A stretch of DNA of 64,000 nt from an uncultured Planctomycetota bacterium (GCA_963845755.1 CAWJTV010000023.1:1-64000); one strand, 5' to 3'. Positions 1 through 11,280 are shown, counted from the stretch's first letter. Numbers and translations: made by a program. The notes: generated by a model from the letters alone, not told the origin.

Positions 1-1726
1 CCTGGTGATCACGTCGATTCCCTACGGGATCGAGAAAGACCCCCTGGTCGAGCGGATCGGCGAATTGATCGCCAAGGGCCAGGTGCCGCAGTTGACCAAC
101 GTCAAGGACCTGAGCACCACCGACATTCAGATCGTGCTGGACCTCAAGCCGGGGGCCAATGCCGACGCGGCCCTGGCCTACCTCTTCAAGAACTCGTCGC
201 TCCAGATCAATTACAGCATCAACCTGACTTGCCTGCTGCCGGCCGAAGGGGCCGAGGTCGCCGTCCCCAGCCGTCTGGATCTCAAGTCCATCCTCCAGCA
301 TTTCCTCGACTTCCGGCTCGATGTCGTCACCCGACGGCTCCGCTACGAGCTGAAGAACCTGCTCGACCGCATCCATATCCTCGAAGGCTTCGCAATCATC
401 TTCAACAACCTGGACGAGGCCATCAAGATCATCCGCAACAGCGACGGCAAGGCGGACGCCGCTCCGAAGCTGATCAGCCGGTTCGGTCTCACGGAAATCC
501 AGGCCGACGCCGTGCTGGAAACCAAGCTCTACCGCCTGGGTAAGCTGGAGATTCGCGACATTCTGGACGAGCTGGCACAGAAGCGGAAGCGCGCCGGGGA
601 GATCCAGAAGTTGCTCGACGACGAACCGGCGCGTTGGGACATCATCCGCGGCGAGCTGAAAGAGATCGTGCAGTCCTTCGGCGAGCCGCGGCGGACCCGC
701 ATCGAGGTCCCCGCGGCGCCGATGGAGTTCCGCGAGGAAGATTATATCGTCGACGAGGATGCCTGGGTGATCGTCACCCGCGACGGCTGGACCAAGCGGC
801 AGAAGTCGTTCACCGACGTGGCCAGCATCCGGGTACGCGACGACGACCGCGTCGGCTGGGTCTACCGGGCCCGGGCGCGCCAGACCCTGACGTTCTTCAC
901 CGACCGCGGCATCGCCTACACATTAAGGGTCAACGATATCCCGATGACCACCGGGCACGGTGAGCCGATCCAGAAGCAGTTTGCTTTCGAGGACCAGGAG
1001 CATATCGTCGGCGTCATCTGCCACGACCCGCGCTGCCTGCCCGACCCGAGCAAGTATCCCCAGACGGGCCCCCGCCTGGTCCAGCACCTCCTCTCCGACG
1101 ACTTGGAGCGAGGGGGGGCCACCAGTAATGGCCACGCCCAAGGGAACGGCGACGGCGGAGGACCAGCGTTGCCACCGCCCCCCTATGCGATCGCTACGAC
1201 CGCGGGGGGTAAGGTCTTGCGCTTCGCCCTGGCGCCGCTGGCTGCCGTCTCGACCCGCAAGGGCCGGCTGGTCGTGCGGCTCGACGTCACGTTCAAAGGC
1301 GACCTGGTCGTCGGCGTCGAGGCGACCGACGGTTCGGAAAACGTCTGTCTGGCCACCCGGCAGGCGCGCGTCCTGATATTCCCGGTCACCGAGGCCAACA
1401 TCGTCGCTGGCGTAGCACGAGGCGTCGTGGCGATCCGGCTCGAGGCCAAGGACCGCGTCATCGGATTCGTCCTGGCCAACAAGAAGCGCGCGGGCCTCAC
1501 CGTGCGGACCAACCGGGGAGCCACTCAGATCGTCCGCGCCACCAAGTACCCCGTCACCGGCCGCGGCGGCAAGGGCTATGCCATCCTCCAGCGCGGCTCG
1601 CTCGAAGCCCTCCTGCCGCAGGAGGCCGAGCCGGTCCCCTCGCTCGAAGAGTTCAATGAATCCAATGGTCCAACGACGGGCAGCAAGTCCGCGAGCGACG
1701 AGAATCGCACAGGCGAGGCGACTTGA
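1..1726 (+). CDS. gyrA/parC: Type IIA DNA topoisomerase subunit A (GyrA/ParC family), 5'-truncated by window edge
   Basis: ITSIPY, RIHILEG, QADAVLE..LYRL motifs and C-terminal pinwheel blades (GRGGKG); adjacent to a B subunit. Confidence 0.93.
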   Translation, partial: LVITSIPYGIEKDPLVERIGELIAKGQVPQLTNVKDLSTTDIQIVLDLKPGANADAALAYLFKNSSLQINYSINLTCLLPAEGAEVAVPSRLDLKSILQHFLDFRLDVVTRRLRYELKNLLDRIHILEGFAIIFNNLDEAIKIIRNSDGKADAAPKLISRFGLTEIQADAVLETKLYRLGKLEIRDILDELAQKRKRAGEIQKLLDDEPARWDIIRGELKEIVQSFGEPRRTRIEVPAAPMEFREEDYIVDEDAWVIVTRDGWTKRQKSFTDVASIRVRDDDRVGWVYRARARQTLTFFTDRGIAYTLRVNDIPMTTGHGEPIQKQFAFEDQEHIVGVICHDPRCLPDPSKYPQTGPRLVQHLLSDDLERGGATSNGHAQGNGDGGGPALPPPPYAIATTAGGKVLRFALAPLAAVSTRKGRLVVRLDVTFKGDLVVGVEATDGSENVCLATRQARVLIFPVTEANIVAGVARGVVAIRLEAKDRVIGFVLANKKRAGLTVRTNRGATQIVRATKYPVTGRGGKGYAILQRGSLEALLPQEAEPVPSLEEFNESNGPTTGSKSASDENRTGEAT

Positions 1727-1780
1727 TCACGTTCCGGTCTCAGGTACTCAGTCAGTTGCTGGCTTTCGATAAGGGAATGG

Positions 1781-3710
1781 ATGGCGATGTCCACCACAAC
1801 TTACACAGCCAAATCGATCACCGTTCTGGAGGGCCTGGAGGCCGTCCGGCGCCGGCCGGGGATGTACATCGGCGGCGTCGATAAATCCGGGTTGCACCAT
1901 CTGCTCTGGGAGATTGTCAACAACGCGGTGGACGAGGTGATGAATGGCCACGCGTCGCGGATCGTGGTGACCATGCATTCCGACGGTAAGACGATGTCGG
2001 TGTCGGATAACGGCCGAGGCATCCCGGTGGATATTCACCCCAAGACGGGCAAGAGCGCGCTCGAGGTCATCTTCACCACGCTGCACGCGGGCGGCAAGTT
2101 CGACAACGACGCTTACAAGGTGGCCGGCGGCCTGCACGGCGTGGGTGCCAGCGTCGTCAACGCCCTGAGCAAGAGCCTGGTCGCCGAGGTCCGGCGCGAC
2201 GGGCAGACCTACATTCAGCGCTACCGGCGGGGCAAGCCGCAAGGGCCCGTCGAGCGTGGCGAGCCGGTCCGAGGGAATGGGACCAGCGTCACGTTCACGC
2301 CCGACTCCGACCTCTTCGAGGACCTCAGCTACGATCCCGCCCTGATCGCCGAACGGCTCGAGGTGAAGACCTACCTCAATAAGGGCCTGGTCATCCAGTT
2401 CGTCAACCAGAAGAACAAGACGAGCGTCGAGTTCCGCCACGACGGCGGCGTGGCCGATTTCCTGGATGCCGTCAATCAACAACGGAACGACCAGCGGGTG
2501 GCTCCCGCTGCCATTCGTCCTGGAGCGCGAAGACGAGGCGGACGGCCTCCGATGCCACGTCGCCCTCTCCTGGACGGAGGCGACCGACGAGGACATCCGC
2601 TCGTTCGTCAACACGATCCCCACGCGCGACGGCGGCACGCACGAGTTGGGCATGCTCTCGGCCGTCGGCACGGCGGTCATGCGGTTCATGGAAACGCACG
2701 ACCTGGTCAAGAAGGGGACGGAGATCAAGCGGGAGGATATCCGCGAAGGGCTGACCGGCGTGCTGGCAGTCTGCGTCCACGAGCCCCAGTTTCAGGGTCA
2801 GACCAAGGGCCGGTTGAACAATCCCGAAATCAAGGCGCAGGTCGAGTCCATGGTCCGCCCGGCGCTCGAGAACTTCCTGCTCAAGAACAAGAGCGTCGGC
2901 GACGCGATCGCCGCTCGCGTGATCCAGGCGGCCAAGGCTCGCGAGGCCAGCCGCGCCGCCGCCAGCCAGGTCCGTCGCAAGACGGCGATCAGCGGACGAT
3001 TGAACCTCCCGGGCAAGCTGCACGACTGCGACAGCACCGATCTCGGGGAAACCGAGCTGTTCATCGTCGAGGGCGATAGCGCCGGCGGCTCGGCCAAGCA
3101 GGGCCGCGATCGCGACATCCAGGCGATCCTCCCGCTCAAAGGCAAGGTCCTCAATGCCGAGCAGGCCGGCAAGGCCAAGGTGCTCGACAACAAGGAGCTG
3201 ACCGACATCATCAGCGCCCTGGGCTGTGGAATGGACGACCAGTACGATCCGGCCCGACTCCGCTACGGCAAGATCATCCTCCTGACCGACGCCGACAGCG
3301 ACGGCCACCACATTGCCACGCTACTCCTGACCTTCTTCTACCGTCACGTTCAAGGTCTTTTCAACGACGGGCGGATCTATCTGGCCTGCCCGCCGCTCTA
3401 CAAGGTCTCCTGGGGCAAAGAGACCTTCTGGGCGTCCGACGACGCGGCGCGCGACCGGATCCTCGCCAGGCTCCCCAAGAACGCCAAGCCGAACCTCACG
3501 CGATTCAAAGGACTCGGCGAAATGCCGGCCGCGCTGCTCTTCGAGACGACGCTCGACCCGGCCCGACGCCGGTTGCTCCGCGTCATCATCCCCGACGACG
3601 ATCGCCCCTACACGGACCGCACCGTCAGCGACCTGATGGGCAAGGAGCCGGAGGCGCGATTCAAGTTCATCATGGAAGAAGCGTATACAGCGAAAGATAT
3701 CGATATTTGA
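1781..3710 (+). CDS. gyrB/parE: Type IIA DNA topoisomerase subunit B (GyrB/ParE family), one frameshift near 2503
   Basis: LEGLEAVRRRPGMYIG, DNGRGIP, GGLHGVG in ORF 1781; VEGDSAGGSAKQGR, PLKGK, TDADSDG, RFKGLGEM in overlapping ORF 2466-3710. Confidence 0.93.
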
Positions 3711-3789
3711 ATGCTCAGTGACAAGCGTCAAGGTTATCAACCACCCAGGCAATCCTGTCTTTGCCAGCCACGAGCCGCCGGGAGAAGCG

Positions 3790-5761
3790 ATGAGCACAGA
3801 CGGGCGCCACACGGGCTTGGGGATCGCCGCGATGATTGCGGTGCTCGCCGGCACGCTGGTGATCTGGGGAAGGTGGAATCCGGACCCGGTGACCGCGGCC
3901 CGACGCGCCTACCAGCAGGGAGAATGGAAGCAGGCGGCGGAGGCATTGCGCGGCGAGGTAAGAACCGAGCGCGGAACCGCGGTCAGTCCGGAGGTCCTTC
4001 GCTTGTACGCGCGTACGCTGGCCCGCCTCGAGCGCGACGACGCGGCCGCTGCGATCTACAACAAGCGTCTGGACCCCTCGACCCTGGAACCCGAGGATCG
4101 GTTTCTCCTGGGTGTGATGAGTGCTCGCGCCGCCAATCCGGACAAAGCGTTCGACCTGTGGGAGCAGGCCCGGACGGAGGGATTCGAACCTCCCGAATTG
4201 CTGGATCACCTCGCGCGCCTCTCCTTCGACACGAAACAGATCGATCTCGCGGCCGAGACGGCCCGGAAACTAGCCCAGCAGCCCGGCTGGGAGGCGGCGT
4301 GGTTCTTTCCTGCTTGCCCCCATCGAGGAGATCGTCGACAACCCGCCCGGAGTCGTCGCTGCCTGCCGGTCGGCTCTCGATCGCGACCCGGATGCCCGGA
4401 GCGCACCCACTCCCCGGCTGACCGCCTCCCATTATCGCAAATTGCTGGCGAGAAACCTGCTCCGGCTAGGACGTTTCGTCGAAGCCCGGGAACAACTGGA
4501 GGCAGTGCTGTCGAATCGGCAAGGTGCAGTTCCATCCGAGCCGGCGGCTACCGAAGGATCGGACGGCGTTGCGTCCTCCCGCGATTCGACCGTGGACCGC
4601 GAAGCCTACTGGCTGCTCAGTCGAGCCTACTTGCAACAAGGCCACATCAAGGAGGCCGGAGACGCTCTGGCACGTTCCGGCTCCTACGGCGCCGAGAACC
4701 GGTTGATGCCCGAGCCCAGTCCCTACGTGGGCTCCGCAACGTGTGCCTCGTGCCATGCTCCGGAAGATCGAACGTATCGGAGCACGCGGCATGCCCGGTC
4801 CTTCTATCATGGCGCGGGGATCCTCGGTCTGCCGAAGCCCGACCAGCCGCTACCCGACCCCGATGATCCCAAGGTCACCCACGCCATCGAGCGCAAGGAT
4901 CAGCAGATCGAGGTCCAAACCCGCGCCGGTGACCGGGTCTTTCGGATGGTCGCGGCCTATGCCTTCGGGACCCCCGAGCGTTATGTGACGATGATCGGAC
5001 GGGATGAGGAAAAGAACTATCGGGCCTTGCGCCTTTCGCATTACCGTTCGGCCGGCGGATCGGGCTGGGATCGCACCTCCGGCGACGTCGGACACGGTGA
5101 TGAGACCGACGGGGTCCGCGGGCAGAAGATCGACGTCCGCGACGGCGTGGTTCGTTGCCTGCACTGCCACACGACGCGGTCTCGAGACTTCAGGGATCCC
5201 CCGCCGGAAGGGAAGGCCGGTCCGGAGTCCCATGACGCGGGCATCGGCTGTGAACGCTGCCACGGCCCGGGCGGCAACCATATCACAGCCATCAAGCAGG
5301 ATTTCGCCGACCGGGCGATTCTCAACGTAGCCGGGGCCCCGGCGGCGACGATCAACACCCAGTGCGCCGAATGCCACATTGTTGGACTGCGGTCCCAGAT
5401 CGAGAGCGCTCCCGAGGATCCGAAATATGTCCGATCGCCCGGGGTAACCCTGACCTTCAGCCGGTGCTACACCGAGAGCGGAGGCGGCATGAGCTGCCTG
5501 ACCTGCCACGACCCGCACCGCGAGGCCGTGCACTCCGCCGGCTTCTATGAGTCCAAATGCCTGTCTTGCCACGCGCGGCAGGCTGCCTCCCCGGGACCCA
5601 CGCTGTCGAGCCGCGGGGCCGTTTGCCCTGTCAATCCGGCCAAGGATTGCCTCGGCTGCCACATGCCCAGGGTCCCGACCCCCGCGCTTCACACCAACCT
5701 GACCGACCACTACATCCGGGTCCATCGGGACAACCCGAGAAAGATCGATGAAGCACAATAA
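3790..5761 (+). CDS. Membrane-anchored TPR + multiheme cytochrome c protein (7 CxxCH), frameshifted around 4300-4440
   Basis: GGAG RBS; N-terminal hydrophobic helix; TPR-like helices; CASCH, CLHCH, CERCH, CAECH, CLTCH, CLSCH, CLGCH in ORF 4442-5761. Confidence 0.8.
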
Positions 5762-5855
5762 CACGATATTTTAGATAAAATAATATCTCGTTTTCAATCT
5801 TGAATTCGGAGTCTCGAATCTGATCGGGAGTCCGGGCGCGGTCCCGGGTAGAATC

Positions 5856-6848
5856 ATGAGCATGATCGAGGTAGTGGACCTGACGAAGACCTATCGCGTC
5901 GTCCAGAAGCAGGCCGGCGTGATGGGCGCCCTGCGCGGGCTCTACCGCCGGGAATACCGGGAAGTCCGCGCCGTTGACCGGATCCGCTTCACGATCGAGC
6001 CGGGGGAGATGGTGGCGTTCCTGGGCCCTAACGGGGCGGGGAAGACGACGACGTTGAAGATGCTCTCGGGCCTGATCTACCCGACCAGCGGCGAGGCCCG
6101 AGTGCTGGATTTCGTCCCCTGGCAGCGTGCCGACGCATTCCGGCGGCAATTCGCGCTCGTGATGGGACAGAAGAATCAGCTCTGGTGGGATCTCCCGGCG
6201 GCCGACAGTTTCCAGCTCCTGCGCGAGATCTACGCGATCCCGCCCTCGGAGTTCCGCCAGACGCTCGATGAACTGACGGGGCTCCTGGGAGTGGAGAAGC
6301 TGACCCGCCAGGCGGTGCGCGAGTTGTCCCTGGGAGAGCGGATGAAGATGGAGCTGATCGCGGCGCTGTTGCATCGTCCGCGTCTGCTCTTGCTGGACGA
6401 GCCGACGATCGGGCTGGACGTGGTGGCGCAGGGGATGATCCAGCGCTGCCTCCGCGACTATCACACGCGCCGCGGCGTGACGACCCTCCTGACCAGCCAT
6501 TACATGCGCGACGTCGAGGCGTTGTGCGACCGGGTGCTGGTGATCAATCATGGCAGCCTGGTCTACGACGGCCCGTTGTCCCGGATCGTCGAGCGGTTCA
6601 GCGAGAGCAAGCTGGTGAAGCTCCAGTTCGAGGAGGAGGCGCCGGAAGACCTGCACCGGTTCGGGGAGGTCGTCCGCCGCGACGGCCCTTTCGCCGACAT
6701 CAAGGTCGAGCGCGCGCAAGTCGCCGCGGTCCTGGCGGCGATCCTCGATCGCCACGCCGTGGCCGACGTGAACGTCGCGGAACCGCCGCTCGAGGAAGTC
6801 ATCGCCCGAGTATTCGAGGAGGTCCGGACCGGCCATGACGCCGCCTGA
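5856..6848 (+). CDS. ABC transporter ATP-binding protein
   Basis: GPNGAGKT Walker A, LSLGE signature, LLLLDEPT Walker B. Confidence 0.95.
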   Translation: MSMIEVVDLTKTYRVVQKQAGVMGALRGLYRREYREVRAVDRIRFTIEPGEMVAFLGPNGAGKTTTLKMLSGLIYPTSGEARVLDFVPWQRADAFRRQFALVMGQKNQLWWDLPAADSFQLLREIYAIPPSEFRQTLDELTGLLGVEKLTRQAVRELSLGERMKMELIAALLHRPRLLLLDEPTIGLDVVAQGMIQRCLRDYHTRRGVTTLLTSHYMRDVEALCDRVLVINHGSLVYDGPLSRIVERFSESKLVKLQFEEEAPEDLHRFGEVVRRDGPFADIKVERAQVAAVLAAILDRHAVADVNVAEPPLEEVIARVFEEVRTGHDAA

Positions 6849-7767
6849 TGCCCTTGTGACCGAGCTCAATCCGTTGCTTCCGACCGCCGATACGCCGATG
6901 GCGCACCCGGCGAACGGAGCGAGCCCAATGCGCCGGCGAACGCGCGCGACGATCGCCAAGTATCTGGCGATCCTCCGCGTCTCGCTCGCGGAGCGCATGA
7001 CCTACCGTGCCGATTTCCTCGTGGCGACCATCCTTCGCTTCCTGCCCATGGTCACCACGATCCTCCTCTGGCGGGCCATCTATCAGGGAACGAACCAGGT
7101 GCCACTCGGCAGCCGTCAGATCACCTACAGCTACAACGAGATGATCGCCTACCTGCTTCTGACCCAGATCAGCCGCATGTTCTCCAGCATGCCGGGCCTG
7201 GCCGGCGGCATCGCCCGCGAGATCCGCGAAGGCACGCTCAAGCGATACCTGCTCCAGCCCATGGACATGATCGGCTACCTCCTGACTTACCGAGTCGCTC
7301 ATAAAATCGCCTATATCATCACATCATTCCTACCGTATGCCCTGCTGTTCTTCATCTGCCGGGGCTATTTCGACAGATTCCCCGACCCGACGACGCTCGC
7401 CGCCTTCGCCGTCTCGCTCGTCCTTTCCTTCCTGGTCGGCTTCTTCTTCGAGGTCAGCGTCGGGATGGTGGGGTTCTGGTTCCTGGAGGTCACGTCGCTG
7501 TTGTACATCGTGATGACGCTGAACTTCTTCATATCGGGGCACATGCTGCCGCTCGACCTGCTACCCGACCCGTGGGGCGGGCTGCTCAAGGTCCTGCCGT
7601 TCCAGTACATGGCCTACTTCCCCGCCGTCGTCTTCCTGGGGAAAGTGAAGGGGGCGACGCTGGTATTCCACCTGCTGGGCGAGCTGTTCTGGGCGGTGTT
7701 CTTCATGCTCCTGGCGCGGGGGTTGTATCGGCTGGGATTACGGCGTTATAGCGCGTTCGGAGGTTGA
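6835..7767 (+). CDS. ABC-2 family transporter permease
   Basis: Multiple TM segments, 'IAREIREGTLKRYLLQP', C-terminal 'RRYSAFGG'; follows the ABC ATPase. Confidence 0.88.
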   Translation: MTPPDALVTELNPLLPTADTPMAHPANGASPMRRRTRATIAKYLAILRVSLAERMTYRADFLVATILRFLPMVTTILLWRAIYQGTNQVPLGSRQITYSYNEMIAYLLLTQISRMFSSMPGLAGGIAREIREGTLKRYLLQPMDMIGYLLTYRVAHKIAYIITSFLPYALLFFICRGYFDRFPDPTTLAAFAVSLVLSFLVGFFFEVSVGMVGFWFLEVTSLLYIVMTLNFFISGHMLPLDLLPDPWGGLLKVLPFQYMAYFPAVVFLGKVKGATLVFHLLGELFWAVFFMLLARGLYRLGLRRYSAFGG

Positions 7768-7771
7768 CAGT

Positions 7772-8590
7772 ATGTCCATCATGGCGACGCTTCGGAGATA
7801 CCTCCGACTGTTAGGTAGCCTGGCGCTGTACACGCTCAACCGGGAGCTGGCGTTCCGGGGGAACTTTCTGGTGAAGGTCTCGGTCGAGGTTCTCTGGCTG
7901 GCGATCATGCTGGCGTTCTATCGGGTCATCTTCACACGGACCAGTCGGATAGCCGACTGGAATGAGCAGCAGTATCTCTTTTTCGTGGGTTGCTTCTTCG
8001 CGCTCAATGGCCTCATCGAGATGTTCTTCCTGGAGAACTGCAACGAATTCGCGGAGCTGGTGCGGACCGGCGACCTGGATGGCCTGCTGCTCAAACCGAT
8101 CGACGAACAGTTCTTGATCACGTGCCGGCGGATCGATTGGGGCACGGGCCCGAACGTGCTGATGGGCTCCGCCGTGATGGGGTTCGCCCTTGTCCAGATG
8201 GGATGGCCGTTCGACATCGTCCGGATCTTGACGTTTCTTGTCACATTCGCATGCGGCACGGCGGCTCGCTTACGGGTTTATGTTGATGTTGACCTCGCTC
8301 TCGGTGTGGATGGTGCGGAATCAGAGCTTGATGGAGATGTGGTGGCTGTTCTCGAGCCTGTGCGCTATCCCAAGGAGATCTTCTCGGGCCCCTGGGCCGC
8401 CGCACTGGGCAACTTCTTCACGTATTTCGTGCCGATCCTGATCGTGGTGAACGTCCCGGCCATGGCGATGGTCCGCTTCCTCGATTGGGAGATGGTCGCC
8501 CTGATCGTCGCCGCGACAGTCGTGGTACTCTGGTGCAGCCGCCGCTTTTTCCAATATGCGCTGCGGTCGTATCGCAGTGCGAGCAGTTGA
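7772..8590 (+). CDS. ABC-2 family transporter permease (second subunit); internal segment probably out of frame between two compensating indels at about 8265 and 8360
   Basis: 'VRTGDLDGLLLKPID', C-terminal 'YRSASS'; the hydrophobic segment AYGFMLMLTSLSVW lies in an alternative frame. Confidence 0.85.
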   Translation: MSIMATLRRYLRLLGSLALYTLNRELAFRGNFLVKVSVEVLWLAIMLAFYRVIFTRTSRIADWNEQQYLFFVGCFFALNGLIEMFFLENCNEFAELVRTGDLDGLLLKPIDEQFLITCRRIDWGTGPNVLMGSAVMGFALVQMGWPFDIVRILTFLVTFACGTAARLRVYVDVDLALGVDGAESELDGDVVAVLEPVRYPKEIFSGPWAAALGNFFTYFVPILIVVNVPAMAMVRFLDWEMVALIVAATVVVLWCSRRFFQYALRSYRSASS

Positions 8591-8595
8591 GTGCG

Positions 8596-9369
8596 TCACT
8601 CGCCGTGGCCTCGAGATTCCCAACGATCGAGGTCGTACCACGGTCCTCGGCTGCGGAAGGTGGGCAGGGGGAGCGAGCTGGCCTGGGTGGCGATCGATTC
8701 GGGACTCAGGTCGTCGCGGCGGATAGCCTGGCCGCGGAAGATCGTCAGCCTTCGCTGCCGGGCCAGGATCTCCCGCCGCGTCCGTCCCTCCGGGGCATCG
8801 GGCCAGGATCCGGGATGCTCCCGAAAGTCGAAGAATGCCGGGAGCACGCGGGTCATATAAGCCCAGTAGTCCGGATTATCCGTCTGCACGACAAACCGGC
8901 CTCCGGGGACCAGCGCACGATGGACATCGGCCAGGAAAAGTGGTGTGAAGACACGGCGATCGATCCGGCGCCGGTCGTGATACGGTTGGGGATGATACAG
9001 GTGGATCTCGATGATGCTCGACGACGCGACGAACCGTCCCAGGAACGATTCCGCATCCTTCACGGCGAACCTGACATTCTGCAATCCTCTCTGATTGGCA
9101 CGACGGGTTGCGTATCGGATCACAACCGGCAGGATATCGATCGCGAAATGGTCGAGATCCGGCCGGTTCGAGGCGTTGAGCAACGTGAAGCGGCCATTGC
9201 CGCAACCCAGGTCGAGCACGATAGGCGCCGTGCGCCCGAAGATCGACGGCCAGTCGAGAGGTCCGGGCGGAGGGAGCCGCTTGATGGCGGTTCGGGCCCA
9301 TTGCGACTGGGGGAGAATCCGCCCGGGGATCGCGACCCCCAACTCATATTCGATGGATTCGTCCGTCAT
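8596..9369 (-). CDS. trmB: tRNA (guanine-N7)-methyltransferase
   Basis: LDLGCGNG SAM motif, NVRF, HLYHPQPY (FPDPW-equivalent), QTDNPDY, TRRE. Confidence 0.85.
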   Translation of the reverse strand: MTDESIEYELGVAIPGRILPQSQWARTAIKRLPPPGPLDWPSIFGRTAPIVLDLGCGNGRFTLLNASNRPDLDHFAIDILPVVIRYATRRANQRGLQNVRFAVKDAESFLGRFVASSSIIEIHLYHPQPYHDRRRIDRRVFTPLFLADVHRALVPGGRFVVQTDNPDYWAYMTRVLPAFFDFREHPGSWPDAPEGRTRREILARQRRLTIFRGQAIRRDDLSPESIATQASSLPLPTFRSRGPWYDLDRWESRGHGE

Positions 9370-9457
9370 TCCGAGGCTTCCCGAGACGAGGTACGGATCG
9401 CTATCCTGGATATTGTAACGCGTCGGGTCGCTTTCAGGGTCGGGTAAGAAGAAAGCC

Positions 9458-10531
9458 ATGAGCAAGCGAGTGGTCTTGGCGATGAGCGGCGGCGTGGACA
9501 GTTCGGTCGCCGCAGCGCTGTTGAAGGAGCAGGGCTACGACGTCCTCGGACTCTTCATGCGCACCGGCGCGAGTGCGGTGGATGAGGAGCGTCGTGCCCG
9601 GACGTGTTGCAGCGTCGCAGACGCCCTCGACGTGCGCAACGTGGCGGATCGCCTCGACATCCCGTTCTACGCCCTGGATTTCGAGCGCGACTTCGCGCGT
9701 ATCGAGGATTACTTCGCGGACGAGTACCTCGCGGGCCGGACGCCGAATCCCTGTGTGATGTGCAACATCTGGCTGAAGTTCGGCAAACTCTGGGCTTATG
9801 GCAAGCAGGTGGGAGCCGATTTCGTGGCGACCGGCCATTATGCGCGGATCCTGCCGTCTGGGGACGGCGCACCGCGCGTCGCCCGCGCCGTGGATCGAGC
9901 CAAGGATCAGTCGTATGTCCTGTTCGGTCTCAAGCGGGAACTCTTGCGGCACGTCTTGTTCCCGGTCGGCGGGTTCGCCAAGCCGGAGATCCGGACGATG
10001 GCTCGGCAGCACGGCCTGCCGGTCCACGACAAGCCGGACAGCCAGGAAATCTGCTTCGTGCCGGACGACGATTACCTGGCATTCGTCCGCGACCGGCGAC
10101 CCGACCGCCATACCGGAGGACCGATCGTTGACGAGCAGGGACTTGTGCTCGGCGAGCATTCCGGCATCGAAGGCTTCACCATCGGTCAGCGCCGGGGGCT
10201 GGGCATCGCGTTCGGCGCGCTGCGCTACGTCGTCCAGATCGAGCCGTCGAGCCGGACGGTCACAGTCGGCCGGCGCGAATCCCTCGACAAGATCGGATTG
10301 ACGGCGACGCGGTTCAACTGGCAAGGGGCGGAGCCTTCGGGCCCGGTCGCATGCCTGGCCCAGATCCGCGCCCAGCATCGGGCGGTACCGGCCACCGTGG
10401 AACCACTTCCAGACGGTTCGGCTCGCGTCCTCTTCGAAACCCCCCAGTCCGCCGTCACTCCCGGCCAGGTTGTAACGGTCTATGAAGATGACCTCGTGCT
10501 TGGAGGCGGCTGGATCGCGGAGTCCCTCTGA
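9458..10531 (+). CDS. mnmA: tRNA 2-thiouridylase
   Basis: AMSGGVDSSV, TPNPCVMCN, ATGHYAR, KDQSY, DSQEICF, TIGQRRGLG, VTPGQ. Confidence 0.97.
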   Translation: MSKRVVLAMSGGVDSSVAAALLKEQGYDVLGLFMRTGASAVDEERRARTCCSVADALDVRNVADRLDIPFYALDFERDFARIEDYFADEYLAGRTPNPCVMCNIWLKFGKLWAYGKQVGADFVATGHYARILPSGDGAPRVARAVDRAKDQSYVLFGLKRELLRHVLFPVGGFAKPEIRTMARQHGLPVHDKPDSQEICFVPDDDYLAFVRDRRPDRHTGGPIVDEQGLVLGEHSGIEGFTIGQRRGLGIAFGALRYVVQIEPSSRTVTVGRRESLDKIGLTATRFNWQGAEPSGPVACLAQIRAQHRAVPATVEPLPDGSARVLFETPQSAVTPGQVVTVYEDDLVLGGGWIAESL

Positions 10532-10583
10532 TCCTCCGGGCGGCTGGCGGGCGCGTTCGATCGATCCTCGTCAACTCCGGGCG

Positions 10584-11213
10584 TCAGCCCTGCCGGTCAT
10601 CCGAAGGTGGCTCGTTGTGCGCCAGCATCCGGGACAGGTCGAGCCCGAACGGGCGGAATTCCGCGTTATAGCCGTACCCGCGGATCTGCAAGACCATCAG
10701 CAAGCCCGCAGCGGCGTGATGGGTATGGACGAAGAACCGGGAGTCCTTAAGGTGGGGCCGCGGCTCCTTGCAGAGCCATCGGATCACTTCCATCCCGCAA
10801 TCCTGGTCCCGGCTATCGACGAACGTCTTTCCACCCAGGTCGTGGTCGAGATGGATCTCGTCCCACGGCTGATGGAGCCGGACAAGGCACTCGGCGACGG
10901 TCGTCACCCAGACGGCCTGGGGGTTTTCCTTGAGGAATACCTCCGCCCGAAGAGGGTCGTCATCAAGGAACAGGAGGCGGGGTTGTCCCCGGCCGGAGGG
11001 TCTTCGAAATCGAAGGGCAAGTCTCGCCAACCACCCGGAATTCGCGACGTTCGATTTGTCGGGCGGCACGCAGGGCTGAATCGCTTGCTTCCTCGCGCCG
11101 ATCCCCGAATCAAGGAGCGCGAAGATGCGTCGGCACCGGTTACGGATCCACGCCCAAAGGCGCGAAATTCGCCGGGACACCGCGTCGGAATGACCCTCGA
11201 TCTTGAGATCCAT
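10584..11213 (-). CDS. Cyclic-phosphate-processing receiver-like domain protein (start uncertain)
   Basis: LFLDD...IHLDHDLG...GMEV..WL...VHTH pattern typical of this receiver-fold family. Confidence 0.65.
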   Translation of the reverse strand: MDLKIEGHSDAVSRRISRLWAWIRNRCRRIFALLDSGIGARKQAIQPCVPPDKSNVANSGWLARLALRFRRPSGRGQPRLLFLDDDPLRAEVFLKENPQAVWVTTVAECLVRLHQPWDEIHLDHDLGGKTFVDSRDQDCGMEVIRWLCKEPRPHLKDSRFFVHTHHAAAGLLMVLQIRGYGYNAEFRPFGLDLSRMLAHNEPPSDDRQG

Positions 11214-11280
11214 GGGATTTCGAAGCGGGTCCAGAGCACCGAGCCGCCATCGCGCCGAAGCGTTCCATCGACCTGATCCG

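Noticed and set aside
2466..2520. Programmed frameshifting in the topoisomerase B gene and other split genes
   Set aside because: No slippery heptamers; the indels are scattered as expected for long-read error
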